A stretch of 64,000 bases of DNA from an uncultured virus (IMG/VR IMGVR_UViG_3300022555_000047) (IMGVR_UViG_3300022555_000047); one strand, 5' to 3'. Shown: positions 10,550 to 21,074, numbered from the stretch's first letter. Notes: generated by a model from the letters alone, not told the origin. Numbers and translations: made by a program.

Positions 10550-11132
10550 TATCAGCTAATATTGCTTTACCATCTTTTTCTTCCCAGTTTAAATCTATTG
10601 CATTTACAACGACACCTGATTCGTCTATCGCAGGCATAATACTTAATTGGTCTCGTCTTGAATATCTACAATAATCAGCCCACCAAGCCTCGTTAAAGCG
10701 TCTGGTTCGTTCATTGTTGCGTCTAATAATAAATCCACCTTGTAAGAAACCTATGTCCTTTGGAAAGCCCATATCTTCATAGTGTTTGGCTTGTTCTATG
10801 ATGGTTTCAACGTCATCCATCTGTAATTTAGCTACAACCATAGCTTCTTTATATAAACAACCTCTTGAATGTTTAAGCATAGCCATATCGTAGCCATCCA
10901 TATAACGCTTAATAAGTTCTTCAGGTGGAATTAAGAGTTTCATATTACCATCATGGTAAATAGAAAATGTTTCGTTAAAATATTTATGTGATAGTATTTT
11001 CTGTATTCTTGAGTTTCTTCGAGGGTCTCTAAACCTATCATAAGCATCATTGAAAATAGTTATCGGATAATCTCTTTTAATAGGAGCATCCTTATTCCCC
11101 GTAATACAGGTATAAACGACTATATCTTTCAT
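10482..11132 (-). CDS. DUF616-like glycosyltransferase domain protein
   Basis: VVYTCITG, KILSHKYF, RRDQLS motifs. Confidence 0.75.
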   Translation of the reverse strand: MKDIVVYTCITGNKDAPIKRDYPITIFNDAYDRFRDPRRNSRIQKILSHKYFNETFSIYHDGNMKLLIPPEELIKRYMDGYDMAMLKHSRGCLYKEAMVVAKLQMDDVETIIEQAKHYEDMGFPKDIGFLQGGFIIRRNNERTRRFNEAWWADYCRYSRRDQLSIMPAIDESGVVVNAIDLNWEEKDGKAILADIAEMHWHKNLSGNFNDPKRNEK

Positions 11133-11749
11133 AAAAAGTTTTTATATTTCCAACCATAAGTATCTGTATTTTTATGACATTCAATACAGAGTGTTCGACC
11201 ATTATTTAGGTTCCATAATTCTTCACATTCAAATCCTTTCTCTGTTGAATCAATTTTATTTTCTCTGATTATTAAAAAGAAAGGTTTGATGTGGTCTGCA
11301 TGTAATTTATTGCCATGTTCTTTTCCGCCAATAACACATTGAAAATTATCTCTAGTAAATATATCACTTCGCCACTGTCTATATTTTAGTGATTCCCTTA
11401 ACAGATGTATAACAGAAGATAATCCTCCTTGCCAGTTTGGATTAAGTTCTTTTCTTCTTTTCAGACTCATTTTAAGTCTAGCTTCTGGGGAAATAATATT
11501 TACTAAACCTTTTTTCCATGATGTTTTACCCTTACGGGATAGACTCATATTGCGTTTAATTTCTTCTGATAGTTTGGAACCTCGCATTTTTACATAATGA
11601 GGAGCCATTGCAAGTTTTATTTTTCTTTTTGTTTCTTCAGACACAATTCTTCCTTTCTGAAAACCGAGCATTCCTTTATTCCAAGGAATATGTCCTTTAA
11701 GTTTTTCGCTAAGTTTATTTTTTGTTTCTTGTGTTTGTTTGCGTCCCAT
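11129..11749 (-). CDS. NUMOD3-HNH homing endonuclease
   Basis: IPWNKG, SEETKRKI; RDNFQC...ADHIKP...NGRTLCIECH. Confidence 0.9.
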   Translation of the reverse strand: MGRKQTQETKNKLSEKLKGHIPWNKGMLGFQKGRIVSEETKRKIKLAMAPHYVKMRGSKLSEEIKRNMSLSRKGKTSWKKGLVNIISPEARLKMSLKRRKELNPNWQGGLSSVIHLLRESLKYRQWRSDIFTRDNFQCVIGGKEHGNKLHADHIKPFFLIIRENKIDSTEKGFECEELWNLNNGRTLCIECHKNTDTYGWKYKNFL

Positions 11750-11764
11750 ACTTATATTATAACA

Positions 11765-12595
11765 CTAAATCTTTATATAATGTCCTATCTTTGAATAATA
11801 AAGTGCTTTTGGAGACTGACATTTTCCACCATACATAGGAAAAGTTGATAATGGTTTAAAAAACTTTCTATCTCCTACTCCACGAATATTTGGTAATACC
11901 CAAACTGCGTCTAACCAAGTATAACCATAAAACTTTTTTTCTATTTCTCTGCGTCTTTTGTTTTCTTTTGGATAATCCTTCAAAGATTTAAGGGCAAGTT
12001 TAGCCTGTGAGTTTGGCATGCGATAGTTATAACCGATTTCTAAGTGCATATAATCATGTGCTGGTGAGAACGCCATATTCTTTAAATAATTTATTCTGTC
12101 TGCATACTTTTTGTTATCAGTTGTGCATATTCCTCCTTCTTCTGCGTGGATTATCTTGTTCTCATAGAACGAATAGCATGTTATATCAGCTTTTGACTTA
12201 TAAACAGCACCTTGAGCCTCACAAGCGTCCTCAATAACTTTTAAATGATACTTCTTAGCAATTTTTAATATCTTATCCATTCGGCATAATCTACCATATA
12301 TATGAACAGCCATAATTGCTTTAGTATTTTTAGTTATCTTGGATTCTATTAAATTAGGATCAATACAAAGTGTATCATCACAATCCACAAAAACAGGCTT
12401 AGCTCCAGTATAACTAATAGCGAAACCGCATGCAGCCATTGTAAAATCTGGGCAGATAACTTCGTCTCCTTTACCAATGCCCAAAGAGAGCAAACCAAGA
12501 TGTAAAGCAGAAGTGCCTGAATTGCAAGAAACTGCGTATTTACTACCAACAAATTTAGCGTATTCATATTCTAGTTTTTTAAAAGCAAAATCCAT
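11765..12595 (-). CDS. DegT/DnrJ/EryC1/StrS PLP-dependent sugar aminotransferase (compact C-terminus)
   Basis: NSGTSALH, IEDACEAQG, SFYENKII, EGG, GYNYRM. Confidence 0.9.
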   Translation of the reverse strand: MDFAFKKLEYEYAKFVGSKYAVSCNSGTSALHLGLLSLGIGKGDEVICPDFTMAACGFAISYTGAKPVFVDCDDTLCIDPNLIESKITKNTKAIMAVHIYGRLCRMDKILKIAKKYHLKVIEDACEAQGAVYKSKADITCYSFYENKIIHAEEGGICTTDNKKYADRINYLKNMAFSPAHDYMHLEIGYNYRMPNSQAKLALKSLKDYPKENKRRREIEKKFYGYTWLDAVWVLPNIRGVGDRKFFKPLSTFPMYGGKCQSPKALYYSKIGHYIKI

Positions 12596-13580
12596 TTTTT
12601 TTATAATCTTTAATTACTAATTTTAATGCTTCTTCAAGTTTAGTTTGTGGACGATAGGTTATAGTTGAAAATATTTTAGTATTGTCTGATTGCAAGTGCC
12701 AAATTTCCCACGGACGCTTTTTGCTTTCGTCTACTTCTACTATAACATCTTTATGTCCCATTAAGTGTCCTATAAGAGTAGCTAAATCATAAATCTGTAT
12801 ACCTTCTTCACTTCCCATATTATAGACTTCACCAAATTGTCCTTTTTCTAATAGTTCTACCGCCATTCTAACGGCATCACCAGCATATTGAAAATCTCTA
12901 AATGAATTATTCCCTAACCAAACTTGATTTGATTTTGAAAGTTGCTTAATGATTTCAGGCACTACATAAGGGTGAGTTTCATTCTCTCCTAAACAATTAA
13001 ATTGTCTTAATGCAACTACAGGTGTATTCCCTTCTTTCCAACGAGCCTGAACTAAAGCATCAATGGCTAGTTTAGAAGCTCCATAGGTAGAGTGTGGTCT
13101 TGCTGGATATCTTTCATCTATCTTAAAGTTTGGAGCATCACCATAAATCTCGGCTGAAGATACTTGTAAAATACCCCTAACCCTTGCATCTTGACCTGCA
13201 TTCATAACCATTAAAGCACCCATAGCATTGATATTAAAAGTATGCAAAGGTCTGTCGAAAGATACAGGGATATAGGGTTCTGCAGCGTAATTAAATATGT
13301 AATCGACCATATTGTCTTTAAATATTTTGTATAAAGCACTTTCACTAGCAGTTATATCACAATAGATAAACTTTGCTTTTGGGTGAATAAATTTTCTATG
13401 TCCCGAAATAAGATTATCTAAAATAATAACCCTACATTTTCTATCTTCAATTAAATGTTTAACTAGGTGTGAACCTAAAAATCCACAACCACCTATCACT
13501 GCTACTGTGCAATTTTCTATTTTTCTAACCATTTTATTGTCTTCTTTAAGCCATCTTCGAAAGAAGTTTTGGCTTTCCAA
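12579..13580 (-). CDS. NAD-dependent NDP-sugar epimerase/dehydratase (probable start 13532)
   Basis: GGCGFLG Rossmann motif, SSAEIYG, YGASK. Confidence 0.9.
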   Translation of the reverse strand: MESQNFFRRWLKEDNKMVRKIENCTVAVIGGCGFLGSHLVKHLIEDRKCRVIILDNLISGHRKFIHPKAKFIYCDITASESALYKIFKDNMVDYIFNYAAEPYIPVSFDRPLHTFNINAMGALMVMNAGQDARVRGILQVSSAEIYGDAPNFKIDERYPARPHSTYGASKLAIDALVQARWKEGNTPVVALRQFNCLGENETHPYVVPEIIKQLSKSNQVWLGNNSFRDFQYAGDAVRMAVELLEKGQFGEVYNMGSEEGIQIYDLATLIGHLMGHKDVIVEVDESKKRPWEIWHLQSDNTKIFSTITYRPQTKLEEALKLVIKDYKKNGFCF

Positions 13581-14389
13581 TTAAGTAATAATTCTGCTTT
13601 AGATACATCAAAGTCTTCGTGAAAAGTTTGATTTTCTCTTTGATTAACATAAACAATTTCAGATTTTGTTTTAGTTAATCGTTGTATATCTTTAGCCATT
13701 TTTTCTGCTGAGATACTTTCTGAGTTAGTAAGGTTAAATGTTTGTCCTTTAGCATTTTTAGGATAATCAAAAACTGCAACGCATCCATCAATCAAATCGT
13801 CAATATAAGTTTGGGTTCTGTCTTGTTTTCCATCTCCATGAACTGTTATATCTTTTCCTTTGAGAGCTTGGCTAATAAATATATGAATACCCAAAGCTGG
13901 ACGCATCCCTTCTCCGTAAATAGTAGCAAATCTTAAAATAGTATAAGGCATATCATAATTCTTTGCATAACCCTTAACTATCCATTCAGCTGAGTATTTT
14001 GAGCAAGCATAAAGTTCAGATGGATTAGGCAAGGTTGTGTCTTCTGTTTCAGGATGTTTGTCTTGATTTCCATATACACATACTGTTGAAACATAAATCA
14101 TCCACTTTTTATATTTAGTGCAAAGATATGCAACATTATCAGTTGCATAAACATTTTGAGCTATTGCATCTCTACCTTTTTCTAAATCTGTAAGTTTCGT
14201 TAGATCAGCTTGTGCCGCCATATGAAAAACTACATCAACATCTTTGATATAACTTTCTAATGTCTTTAAATCTAGTAAATCAAAACCATCTATAATATCA
14301 TAACCAATTACTTCGTGTCCTAAACTAACTAATCTTTTACTTAATGTACTTCCTATAAATCCCTTGTCTCCTGTTAATAAAATACGCAT
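13517..14389 (-). CDS. NAD-dependent NDP-sugar epimerase/dehydratase
   Basis: TGDKGFIG, YACSK, GDGKQDR. Confidence 0.9.
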   Translation of the reverse strand: MRILLTGDKGFIGSTLSKRLVSLGHEVIGYDIIDGFDLLDLKTLESYIKDVDVVFHMAAQADLTKLTDLEKGRDAIAQNVYATDNVAYLCTKYKKWMIYVSTVCVYGNQDKHPETEDTTLPNPSELYACSKYSAEWIVKGYAKNYDMPYTILRFATIYGEGMRPALGIHIFISQALKGKDITVHGDGKQDRTQTYIDDLIDGCVAVFDYPKNAKGQTFNLTNSESISAEKMAKDIQRLTKTKSEIVYVNQRENQTFHEDFDVSKAELLLNWKAKTSFEDGLKKTIKWLEK

Positions 14390-14448
14390 TTTACTTATAA
14401 GCTATTATTTGATAATCTCGACTTGGCTTTTTAAAACCTATTTTAATT

Positions 14449-15294
14449 CTATTTTTTCAACTTCTTCCATAATTTAAAATGTTGTTTTGCATAATTATCC
14501 CAAGTCCAGTCGGCTACTGGATTATAAGTTAGCTTTTGAAATATAGCATTTAGTTCTTCTTGATTTTTAAAAGGATAATCTACTCCAACGTCTATGTTAA
14601 ATCCTACGTTCGGAGCAATAATCTTCAGTCCAGCATTTTTAGAATCAAGGACAGCCATTGAGCCATCGTCTATCCCCATGTACAGATTGTAATCAGAACT
14701 TTCTAAAATCTTTTGGTGAATACTTGGTTCAAATTGAGCGTAGTAATCAACTTGTAACCCTTTGGCAACGAGCGGAACTAAAATATCTTTCCAACCACTC
14801 CCCATGATTCGGAAAGCCCACTTGTTGAGGTCAATAGTTTCCACAAGTTTAGTAAACATTTCTTCTCGCTTGCAACCATCAGCGTATACGTTGGTTAAGA
14901 TAGCGACTACTTGAAAGCGTCTTGGTATCCCGTCATGAGCTGGCAACACAGTAGTTAGTTTTTTTTTATCAAATCCCCATTTAACTAATTGCTTTTTGGT
15001 ATCGTTTGACATACAGATACCAAAAGCTGTTTTCATTTGCTCAGTTAAAGCGTCCTTTTTATAACCCTCAAAGATATGCGTAACCATTAAAGTATCAATG
15101 CCTTTGTATTCAGGGTTGTGCTTATAAGGCAAGTAATTCACATGGTGATTAATATCAGCTTCTAAATTAGGAGTTTTACTGATAGTGACTTCTAATCCGT
15201 CTATCTTTTTAAGTTCCTCGTATAATTTATTAGCAAACTTTGAAAGTATGCCATCGTTAAATCCTAATTCATAATTTACTATGTGTATTTTCAT
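14449..15294 (-). CDS. putative glycosyltransferase (GT-B-like)
   Basis: MGSGW, DDGSMAVLDS..AGLKIIAPNVG resembles the GT-B C-terminal signature; cluster context. Confidence 0.6.
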   Translation of the reverse strand: MKIHIVNYELGFNDGILSKFANKLYEELKKIDGLEVTISKTPNLEADINHHVNYLPYKHNPEYKGIDTLMVTHIFEGYKKDALTEQMKTAFGICMSNDTKKQLVKWGFDKKKLTTVLPAHDGIPRRFQVVAILTNVYADGCKREEMFTKLVETIDLNKWAFRIMGSGWKDILVPLVAKGLQVDYYAQFEPSIHQKILESSDYNLYMGIDDGSMAVLDSKNAGLKIIAPNVGFNIDVGVDYPFKNQEELNAIFQKLTYNPVADWTWDNYAKQHFKLWKKLKK

Positions 15295-15315
15295 TTTATA
15301 AAAAAGGGTTTGATG

Positions 15316-15756
15316 CTATCGCCCCCTATTGTTTTGTGCTTCTTTTAATAAAACTTCTTTGATTTGCGAAGTCCTTGTAGCTCCAAAGTCTGGAGTAATT
15401 CTGATTTCACCACCTTTTGATTTAATGTAGGCGATTTCGAGTGCTTTACTTTCAATCCATTCATAACCTATAACATAAACATCAACATCATACTTTTTAA
15501 GTAATTCCATTGGACTAAAATGTGTTGCTGGAACAACTTTGTCTACCCATTTGATAGATTCAAGTATAAACTTTTTCTGTTCGTAAGGAATGACTGGCTC
15601 TCTGTGTTTGTAAGACTTAACTAATTTATCAGAGTTAAGTCCAACAATAAGTGTGTCTCCAAAGGTTTTACATAATTCAAATGCTTTGACGTGTCCATAA
15701 TTCAGGATTTCAAATGTTCCCTGAAAGAATACGATTTTTTGTTTTTTTGTTTTCAT
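15316..15756 (-). CDS. cytidylyltransferase family protein (TagD/RfaE-like)
   Basis: GTFEILNYGH (HxGH variant), LIVGLNSD, RTSQIK. Confidence 0.85.
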   Translation of the reverse strand: MKTKKQKIVFFQGTFEILNYGHVKAFELCKTFGDTLIVGLNSDKLVKSYKHREPVIPYEQKKFILESIKWVDKVVPATHFSPMELLKKYDVDVYVIGYEWIESKALEIAYIKSKGGEIRITPDFGATRTSQIKEVLLKEAQNNRGR

Positions 15757-15880
15757 ATTGCTAGTTTTTAATTTTACGACCTAATAACCATTATACATTA
15801 TTTGTTCTTGCATATATTCCAAAATGTTCTTTCGACAATTCATTATATTTTCTTTTTTATTTGTATATAAATACATAAAA

Positions 15881-16195
15881 TTAGTATCCATTACGACCCC
15901 AGAATGCATCTGCATTCTCAGGATTATTTATAAGTTTTAAAGTATGTATTACTAAAGCTATTGCTTCTTCCTTGCAACGGTGTTTAACAACTGAACCATT
16001 AGGAAGTTCCATTGTATATGTTGGGTCAGAGAACTCTCTTATTTCATAAGCTGGAATAGGACAAATATCTTGACCATCTAGTTTAATATTAGCTATTTTT
16101 GGTCTATTAGTATTAGGCACGATTGATAGACGAGGGTCTATCGCTTTTAATTCATTTTCGAAATCAGGGAACACTCTAGTTATTTTATTTTCCAT
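15881..16195 (-). CDS. hypothetical protein
   Basis: 104-aa ORF in operon. Confidence 0.5.
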   Translation of the reverse strand: MENKITRVFPDFENELKAIDPRLSIVPNTNRPKIANIKLDGQDICPIPAYEIREFSDPTYTMELPNGSVVKHRCKEEAIALVIHTLKLINNPENADAFWGRNGY

Positions 16196-16412
16196 TTATT
16201 TCTAATTTTTCTCTAATAATTTCATCTAAAGTGAACCCATGCGTAGATTTTAAATGAAAATCTAAATCTAACGCATCCTTTGGATTTTTAAAACTACACA
16301 TAAAACAGGTAGGATATTCCATTATCATTTTAAATAATCTTAAATAATTTTGGTGCTTTTCAGCTACTTCATCCCATTGATCTAAATTTAGTTTATTTAA
16401 AACTTTACTCAT
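16185..16412 (-). CDS. small C2H2 zinc-finger-like protein
   Basis: CFMC...HLKSTH. Confidence 0.5.
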   Translation of the reverse strand: MSKVLNKLNLDQWDEVAEKHQNYLRLFKMIMEYPTCFMCSFKNPKDALDLDFHLKSTHGFTLDEIIREKLEINGK

Positions 16413-16643
16413 ACTATTTTTGAAGCTCTTTATAAGTTTCTTGTGCGTTAGTTATTAAAAGTAAACAAGCAGTTGCAATATCTGCAACCTTTCGAGATTT
16501 TGGTTTTACGGCAGTACCATAATTGTTTCCTTCATATAAAAAAGTGTAGCCAATTTTCCCATTCTTAATAAGAATGTCAATATCAAATCCTGGGGGGATA
16601 GTGAGTGTTGTTATTTCGTTCACCAAATTATTATATACCAAAC

Positions 16644-16671
16644 AAAAAAGCCATGCAAGTTGTGCATGACT
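16644..16671 (-). terminator. intrinsic terminator after capsid gene
   Basis: minus strand GTCATGCA-caact-TGCATGGC followed by TTTTTT. Confidence 0.7.
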
Positions 16672-16694
16672 TAATTGTGGAAAACTCAGATACT

Positions 16695-17660
16695 TTAGAA
16701 AGTAGCTGTCGTTGCTCCTGCGGTAGAAGTCTTAATCGCAATAACCCAATTACTATTAAGAGTCTTAACAGCGAATGGCATTTTCCATCCAACAGTTGAG
16801 AACATATTAAGAGGATTACTTGTGTCGTTAGGACCAGGATTTTTAACGATAACAGTTGGAGCTGTTATTGATCCTAGATTAACTACACCATAAGCATTCT
16901 TACCGAATACGAATGTTGAGTAGACGTTTGCAACACTTGTCGTTGAGGCAGAGAATCCACCTGAAATAGCGATATATTGGTTGTTAGTTTCTACGAACTC
17001 TACACCGTGAAGTTTTCCAACAACTCCACGTTCGATTGCATCGGAAGTAGTATATCGGTGTGCATCTAACCATTCAGAGTTACCGAATAGGTCATAAGAT
17101 GATGCTGGACCAATAATACCTCGATACAAACCTGATTCGAATCTTTGAGCCTTATTAAGTTTCAAAGTACGAACTGCTTTACGAATTTCCAAACCAGACA
17201 TAACGTCTGTTAAGTGAATACCTGAAGTTGAGGAAACTTCTGATACGCCAGCAGGCAACTGTTGAGTTGCTCCTGATGCTAATTCGTTACGGATAAGAAC
17301 GTCGATTGATTCACCTGCGTTTTGTCCGTGGACTTCGATGTGTTCCTTGAGGTCTACATCTATTTGCGTCATTGAGAATAGTGAAGATACGTTTGTAACA
17401 TTTCCATATTCAGCCAATGTTGCAGATACCTGGGTAGCTGTCATTGCTACTTCAGTAGGATTTGTTGCTTCAGAAAGAGCTGCGGTGATCAATGCTAGAG
17501 GAGAAAATCTCGTCCAGCGAACTACTGCACCACTATTCAAAGGAACATTTTTTACTTGTGCTCCGAAATCGTGTCTTAGCTCAATCTTTGCTCGGTCTAA
17601 GAATACTTTATCGTAGTAGACTTGGACTGGGGTTATGAGTGATGATGCGGCTGATGCCAT
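16695..17660 (-). CDS. major capsid protein (N4-gp56-like), phage A
   Basis: LSEATNP, TLAEYG, GKLHGVEFVE, DTSNPLNMFSTVGWK. Confidence 0.88.
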   Translation of the reverse strand: MASAASSLITPVQVYYDKVFLDRAKIELRHDFGAQVKNVPLNSGAVVRWTRFSPLALITAALSEATNPTEVAMTATQVSATLAEYGNVTNVSSLFSMTQIDVDLKEHIEVHGQNAGESIDVLIRNELASGATQQLPAGVSEVSSTSGIHLTDVMSGLEIRKAVRTLKLNKAQRFESGLYRGIIGPASSYDLFGNSEWLDAHRYTTSDAIERGVVGKLHGVEFVETNNQYIAISGGFSASTTSVANVYSTFVFGKNAYGVVNLGSITAPTVIVKNPGPNDTSNPLNMFSTVGWKMPFAVKTLNSNWVIAIKTSTAGATTATF

Positions 17661-17682
17661 ATTAATAATAGTAAGATATTAG

Positions 17683-18165
17683 CTATTTATCAACGTGAGG
17701 TATGAGTTTTTCCAAATCTTCTTTCTTCATATTTCGCATATCTTGTTCAGTATACTTTCTTTCAATATCTGACAAACCTGATGAGTCTACTGTTCCGTTA
17801 GCAGCTATTTCAGCATTTCGCTGTTCTTTCGCTGCCTGTAAACCTAATACTAAAGGATTTTTTAAATCTTCTAGTATCTTTGCTCCACCGTTGTGCATAA
17901 TCAAATCAATTTCTGATTCACTATATCCAGCTCGGTAAAGTTTAAACTCATCTGCCTTTAGAATATCTGAAGGTTTTTGAATAACTGGTTGCTCACTAAT
18001 CGCAGGTTTCGCCTTGAGTTCCTTAGCTAATGCTTCGGCACTTTTGGCACGCTCGTATAACTTTTTGTTAGTTTCTTCGAGCCTACTTACACGTTGTTCA
18101 GCTGTTTCACCTGCTGGTGGTGTGATATTTAAAGAGTTACCATTCTCATATAATTCATTTTCCAT
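17683..18165 (-). CDS. capsid scaffolding protein
   Basis: Charged coiled coil (NKKLYERAKSAE) directly upstream of the capsid gene. Confidence 0.65.
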   Translation of the reverse strand: MENELYENGNSLNITPPAGETAEQRVSRLEETNKKLYERAKSAEALAKELKAKPAISEQPVIQKPSDILKADEFKLYRAGYSESEIDLIMHNGGAKILEDLKNPLVLGLQAAKEQRNAEIAANGTVDSSGLSDIERKYTEQDMRNMKKEDLEKLIPHVDK

Positions 18166-18264
18166 AATATATAAGCTATATTAATTGGTTTAAAAAGTTT
18201 TCCTTCTTATGAGCTGTGTTTTTTAAATGAGGTAGACTATGCTCTAAGCCCTCAATGTCTGTAT

Positions 18265-18621
18265 TTATGTGTGGTCGTTGTATTGGGTAGTTGGCTGACT
18301 TTTACTTGGAATGTCTTGATGCACATTTGGATATTTATATTTTGCTGAAAGATTAGTATGGTCGTAATTTGTTTCAACTTCTCCTTTTGGACCATTGATA
18401 TCTACTTCTGCGTTCATTGATGGCATTCCATAACCTAAACCAATTTTAGCCACTCCTATAACTCCTCCTGTATCTCCTGCATCTAATGGTGTTGGTTTAG
18501 CTGGATTTGCATTTTCAGGATCATAGGCAAAGTTACCTCTTTTAGGTTCAGGTTGAACACTTCCTGGTAACCTTCTATCATTATTATCATCGGGCATAAA
18601 CCCTACTTCGTATTTATTCAT
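18265..18621 (-). CDS. hypothetical head-module protein
   Basis: ORF between portal and scaffold. Confidence 0.5.
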   Translation of the reverse strand: MNKYEVGFMPDDNNDRRLPGSVQPEPKRGNFAYDPENANPAKPTPLDAGDTGGVIGVAKIGLGYGMPSMNAEVDINGPKGEVETNYDHTNLSAKYKYPNVHQDIPSKSQPTTQYNDHT

Positions 18622-18863
18622 TTGAATATATTTTCTTTATCACCTGTTAATTTACTCGACCTAGTTAAACTTCTACTTGTTATAAATCCCTCTAATGCTT
18701 CGTATGCTTTAAGTCTTCCTATTACCTCAGCTTTGACATCTTCTGCCCGTGCTGTGATGTCAATATCTCTGATAGACAATAGAGGTGTAACAAATTCACT
18801 GATTACTTCCTCTACTTGATACCATTCTGGGTCAGTTAAAAATCTTTGTGGGATTGTTTTCAT
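18618..18863 (-). CDS. small head-module protein
   Basis: Helical ORF overlapping both neighbours. Confidence 0.5.
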   Translation of the reverse strand: MKTIPQRFLTDPEWYQVEEVISEFVTPLLSIRDIDITARAEDVKAEVIGRLKAYEALEGFITSRSLTRSSKLTGDKENIFK

Positions 18864-19102
18864 TAGATTCCTTGTTGTTCTTCTTCCCCACTATCCTGTG
18901 CGACTCTCATAGGACTGTAATTATCTTTGTCATCAGGAACTCCTTTAGCATTCCTTGAATCGTCTGCATAAATTGATTCACCATATCCGTTCTTATAAAA
19001 CTTTGTTTCACCAACTACTCTCATAGGAATTGGGTTAGTCATTTTGTTTGGGATAGTTGCGTTTGCGTCTATTACGAAATTTTTATTATCTTTGTGTTCC
19101 AT
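18863..19102 (-). CDS. hypothetical protein
   Basis: ORF following the portal. Confidence 0.45.
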   Translation of the reverse strand: MEHKDNKNFVIDANATIPNKMTNPIPMRVVGETKFYKNGYGESIYADDSRNAKGVPDDKDNYSPMRVAQDSGEEEQQGI

Positions 19103-19116
19103 TATTTTGTGGTTAA

Positions 19117-21006
19117 TTATTGCGGAATCATTGAAGGTTGGGGCGTTGGCAACTGTTTTTGCTGTGGCTGTCCTTGCGGATTCCCTTGTAATGTAGGCAA
19201 TCGACCATCTTGTTGCATCTGTGTTGCCTGGCTATCAGCAAATTCTATTTCAGCAGGAGCGATACCAAATTGTTCGGCTGCTTGATAGAATAATAATTTT
19301 GCTCTTGGGTCTTGTAATACTGCTGGATTTTGTAAGAAAGTAAATAGAAATTGAATACCTTGCAACATCTTATTTGGGTCGGTATCTTGATTCTCTATAT
19401 CAAAATCAAAATCAAATTCTGCGTCTTTGTAAAATTGTTCTTTAATCTTTAAGAAACGATTAGTTCCGTTCTTCCTATATTCCTTTATAGCTTTTTGTCT
19501 AGCTGCGTCTTGTAGAGCTTGGTCTATCTTTCCACCTTCAATAGCTGTCTTAATAATTACTTCGTTTGCATAAAGTTCGGCTGCTGCTTCATCTAATTTA
19601 TCTAACTCTTGAGCAGTTCCAGTAAATCGCATTATATGTTCAGGAGTTAAATCTTTGACGAGTTGTGGTAATACTAAATCATTGAAGAAAGATTTTAAGA
19701 AGTAGCGTAAATTCTTTTTCTTAAAGCCATATACTCCCGTTGCACTGGCTACTTGGATTTGAACTTCGCCTAATGTTTGGTCACCAGGAGCATTATCACC
19801 TCTTATAGCTTCGTAGGCAAAAGATAATTTATCTACTTGATTAGCATAACTTTCTTCTTCTTGTTGAAATGCTGGTAAGTTTCTTTCTTCATTAGCTACT
19901 GGCTCTACACCATTTGGTGAGAACATAATATCTCCGTTCTCTAAATCTGTAAGCACATTTCTAACTAAACTTTTATCTTTTGTCTGGAATAAATGAAGTG
20001 TAGAAAGTTCCATTGATAACCTCTTTTGATTTTTAAGTTCATTGAATCGTGTTTGAACATCAAATAGCATTTCAACTACTCCCATACCAAGTAATCGTCC
20101 TTTAATTTTTGTGTAATGAAAATCTTTAAATGGATAATCATCTTTCCAAACTCCTTTCCATAAAGTAACCCCTAATTCACCAACTACTTGTCCGCTTGTG
20201 TTTCGTTGTAACACATCAGGTCCAGCACAGATAAATAAAGCTCTAACCATTTTGACAACTCCATCTTTGGGTATCGGAGCTTTAGTATCTAACCAGTAAT
20301 CAGGAACTTCACCATATCGTTTATAAACTTTAACTTGTGGGCTAGAACGCATTACATTTAAGTTTCCTGAGAAATCTTCCATCGCTTGTGCTGCTTGAGT
20401 ATTTCCAAATCTCTCAATAGCAAGTTCAACGGCTTCTTTGTCCCAACCATTCTCTTGAGCAGCTTTTCTAAGGTCAGTATCAGCCATATAAGTAATCGTA
20501 GTAATGAAACGAGAATCTAAAATTCTTTCAACTGATGGGTCATACATAATTCTCCGAATATCACAGACTTTTGCTCCATCTTTTGTTTTTTCTAGGAATA
20601 CAGAACCATAACGAGGTGCTTCTTCAGCAATTTGATTAAGTATCTTTCCCATTTCTGAGTTTTTAAGCCATTGACGAAGTTCTTTTTCAAGTAAGTATGT
20701 AGGAAAGTATGCTTCTGGTTTAGTTGGAATAAGTTTAATGTTCTTTGGGTCAATACTTAACATCTTAGTTGCTACTTCCACAGGAGGCATAACTATATTA
20801 AAAAATAGTTTCTCTCGCCCAAGATAAAAAGAGCCATTTTCATAGCGATTGCTCAAGTATAGAAATATTCTTTTTATTGTTTGGTAAGTATTGAAAGCGT
20901 AACCAGGAACAGGACTAATAAAGTTATATAAAAATTGGTCTACCTCATAACGAATTTGTGCATAAATATTTTGAGGTGGAGTTGGTGGTGTTAAAAATGG
21001 AGGCAT
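19117..21006 (-). CDS. portal protein, phage A
   Basis: 629 aa after TerL; GMGVVEMLFDVQ, TLGEVQIQ, Q/P-rich tail. Confidence 0.85.
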   Translation of the reverse strand: MPPFLTPPTPPQNIYAQIRYEVDQFLYNFISPVPGYAFNTYQTIKRIFLYLSNRYENGSFYLGREKLFFNIVMPPVEVATKMLSIDPKNIKLIPTKPEAYFPTYLLEKELRQWLKNSEMGKILNQIAEEAPRYGSVFLEKTKDGAKVCDIRRIMYDPSVERILDSRFITTITYMADTDLRKAAQENGWDKEAVELAIERFGNTQAAQAMEDFSGNLNVMRSSPQVKVYKRYGEVPDYWLDTKAPIPKDGVVKMVRALFICAGPDVLQRNTSGQVVGELGVTLWKGVWKDDYPFKDFHYTKIKGRLLGMGVVEMLFDVQTRFNELKNQKRLSMELSTLHLFQTKDKSLVRNVLTDLENGDIMFSPNGVEPVANEERNLPAFQQEEESYANQVDKLSFAYEAIRGDNAPGDQTLGEVQIQVASATGVYGFKKKNLRYFLKSFFNDLVLPQLVKDLTPEHIMRFTGTAQELDKLDEAAAELYANEVIIKTAIEGGKIDQALQDAARQKAIKEYRKNGTNRFLKIKEQFYKDAEFDFDFDIENQDTDPNKMLQGIQFLFTFLQNPAVLQDPRAKLLFYQAAEQFGIAPAEIEFADSQATQMQQDGRLPTLQGNPQGQPQQKQLPTPQPSMIPQ

Positions 21007-21074
21007 AATAGCATATTATGCTAAATGTCTTATGAAGTATATTTTATTCGCATTAAAACTTAAAATAAGCGATA

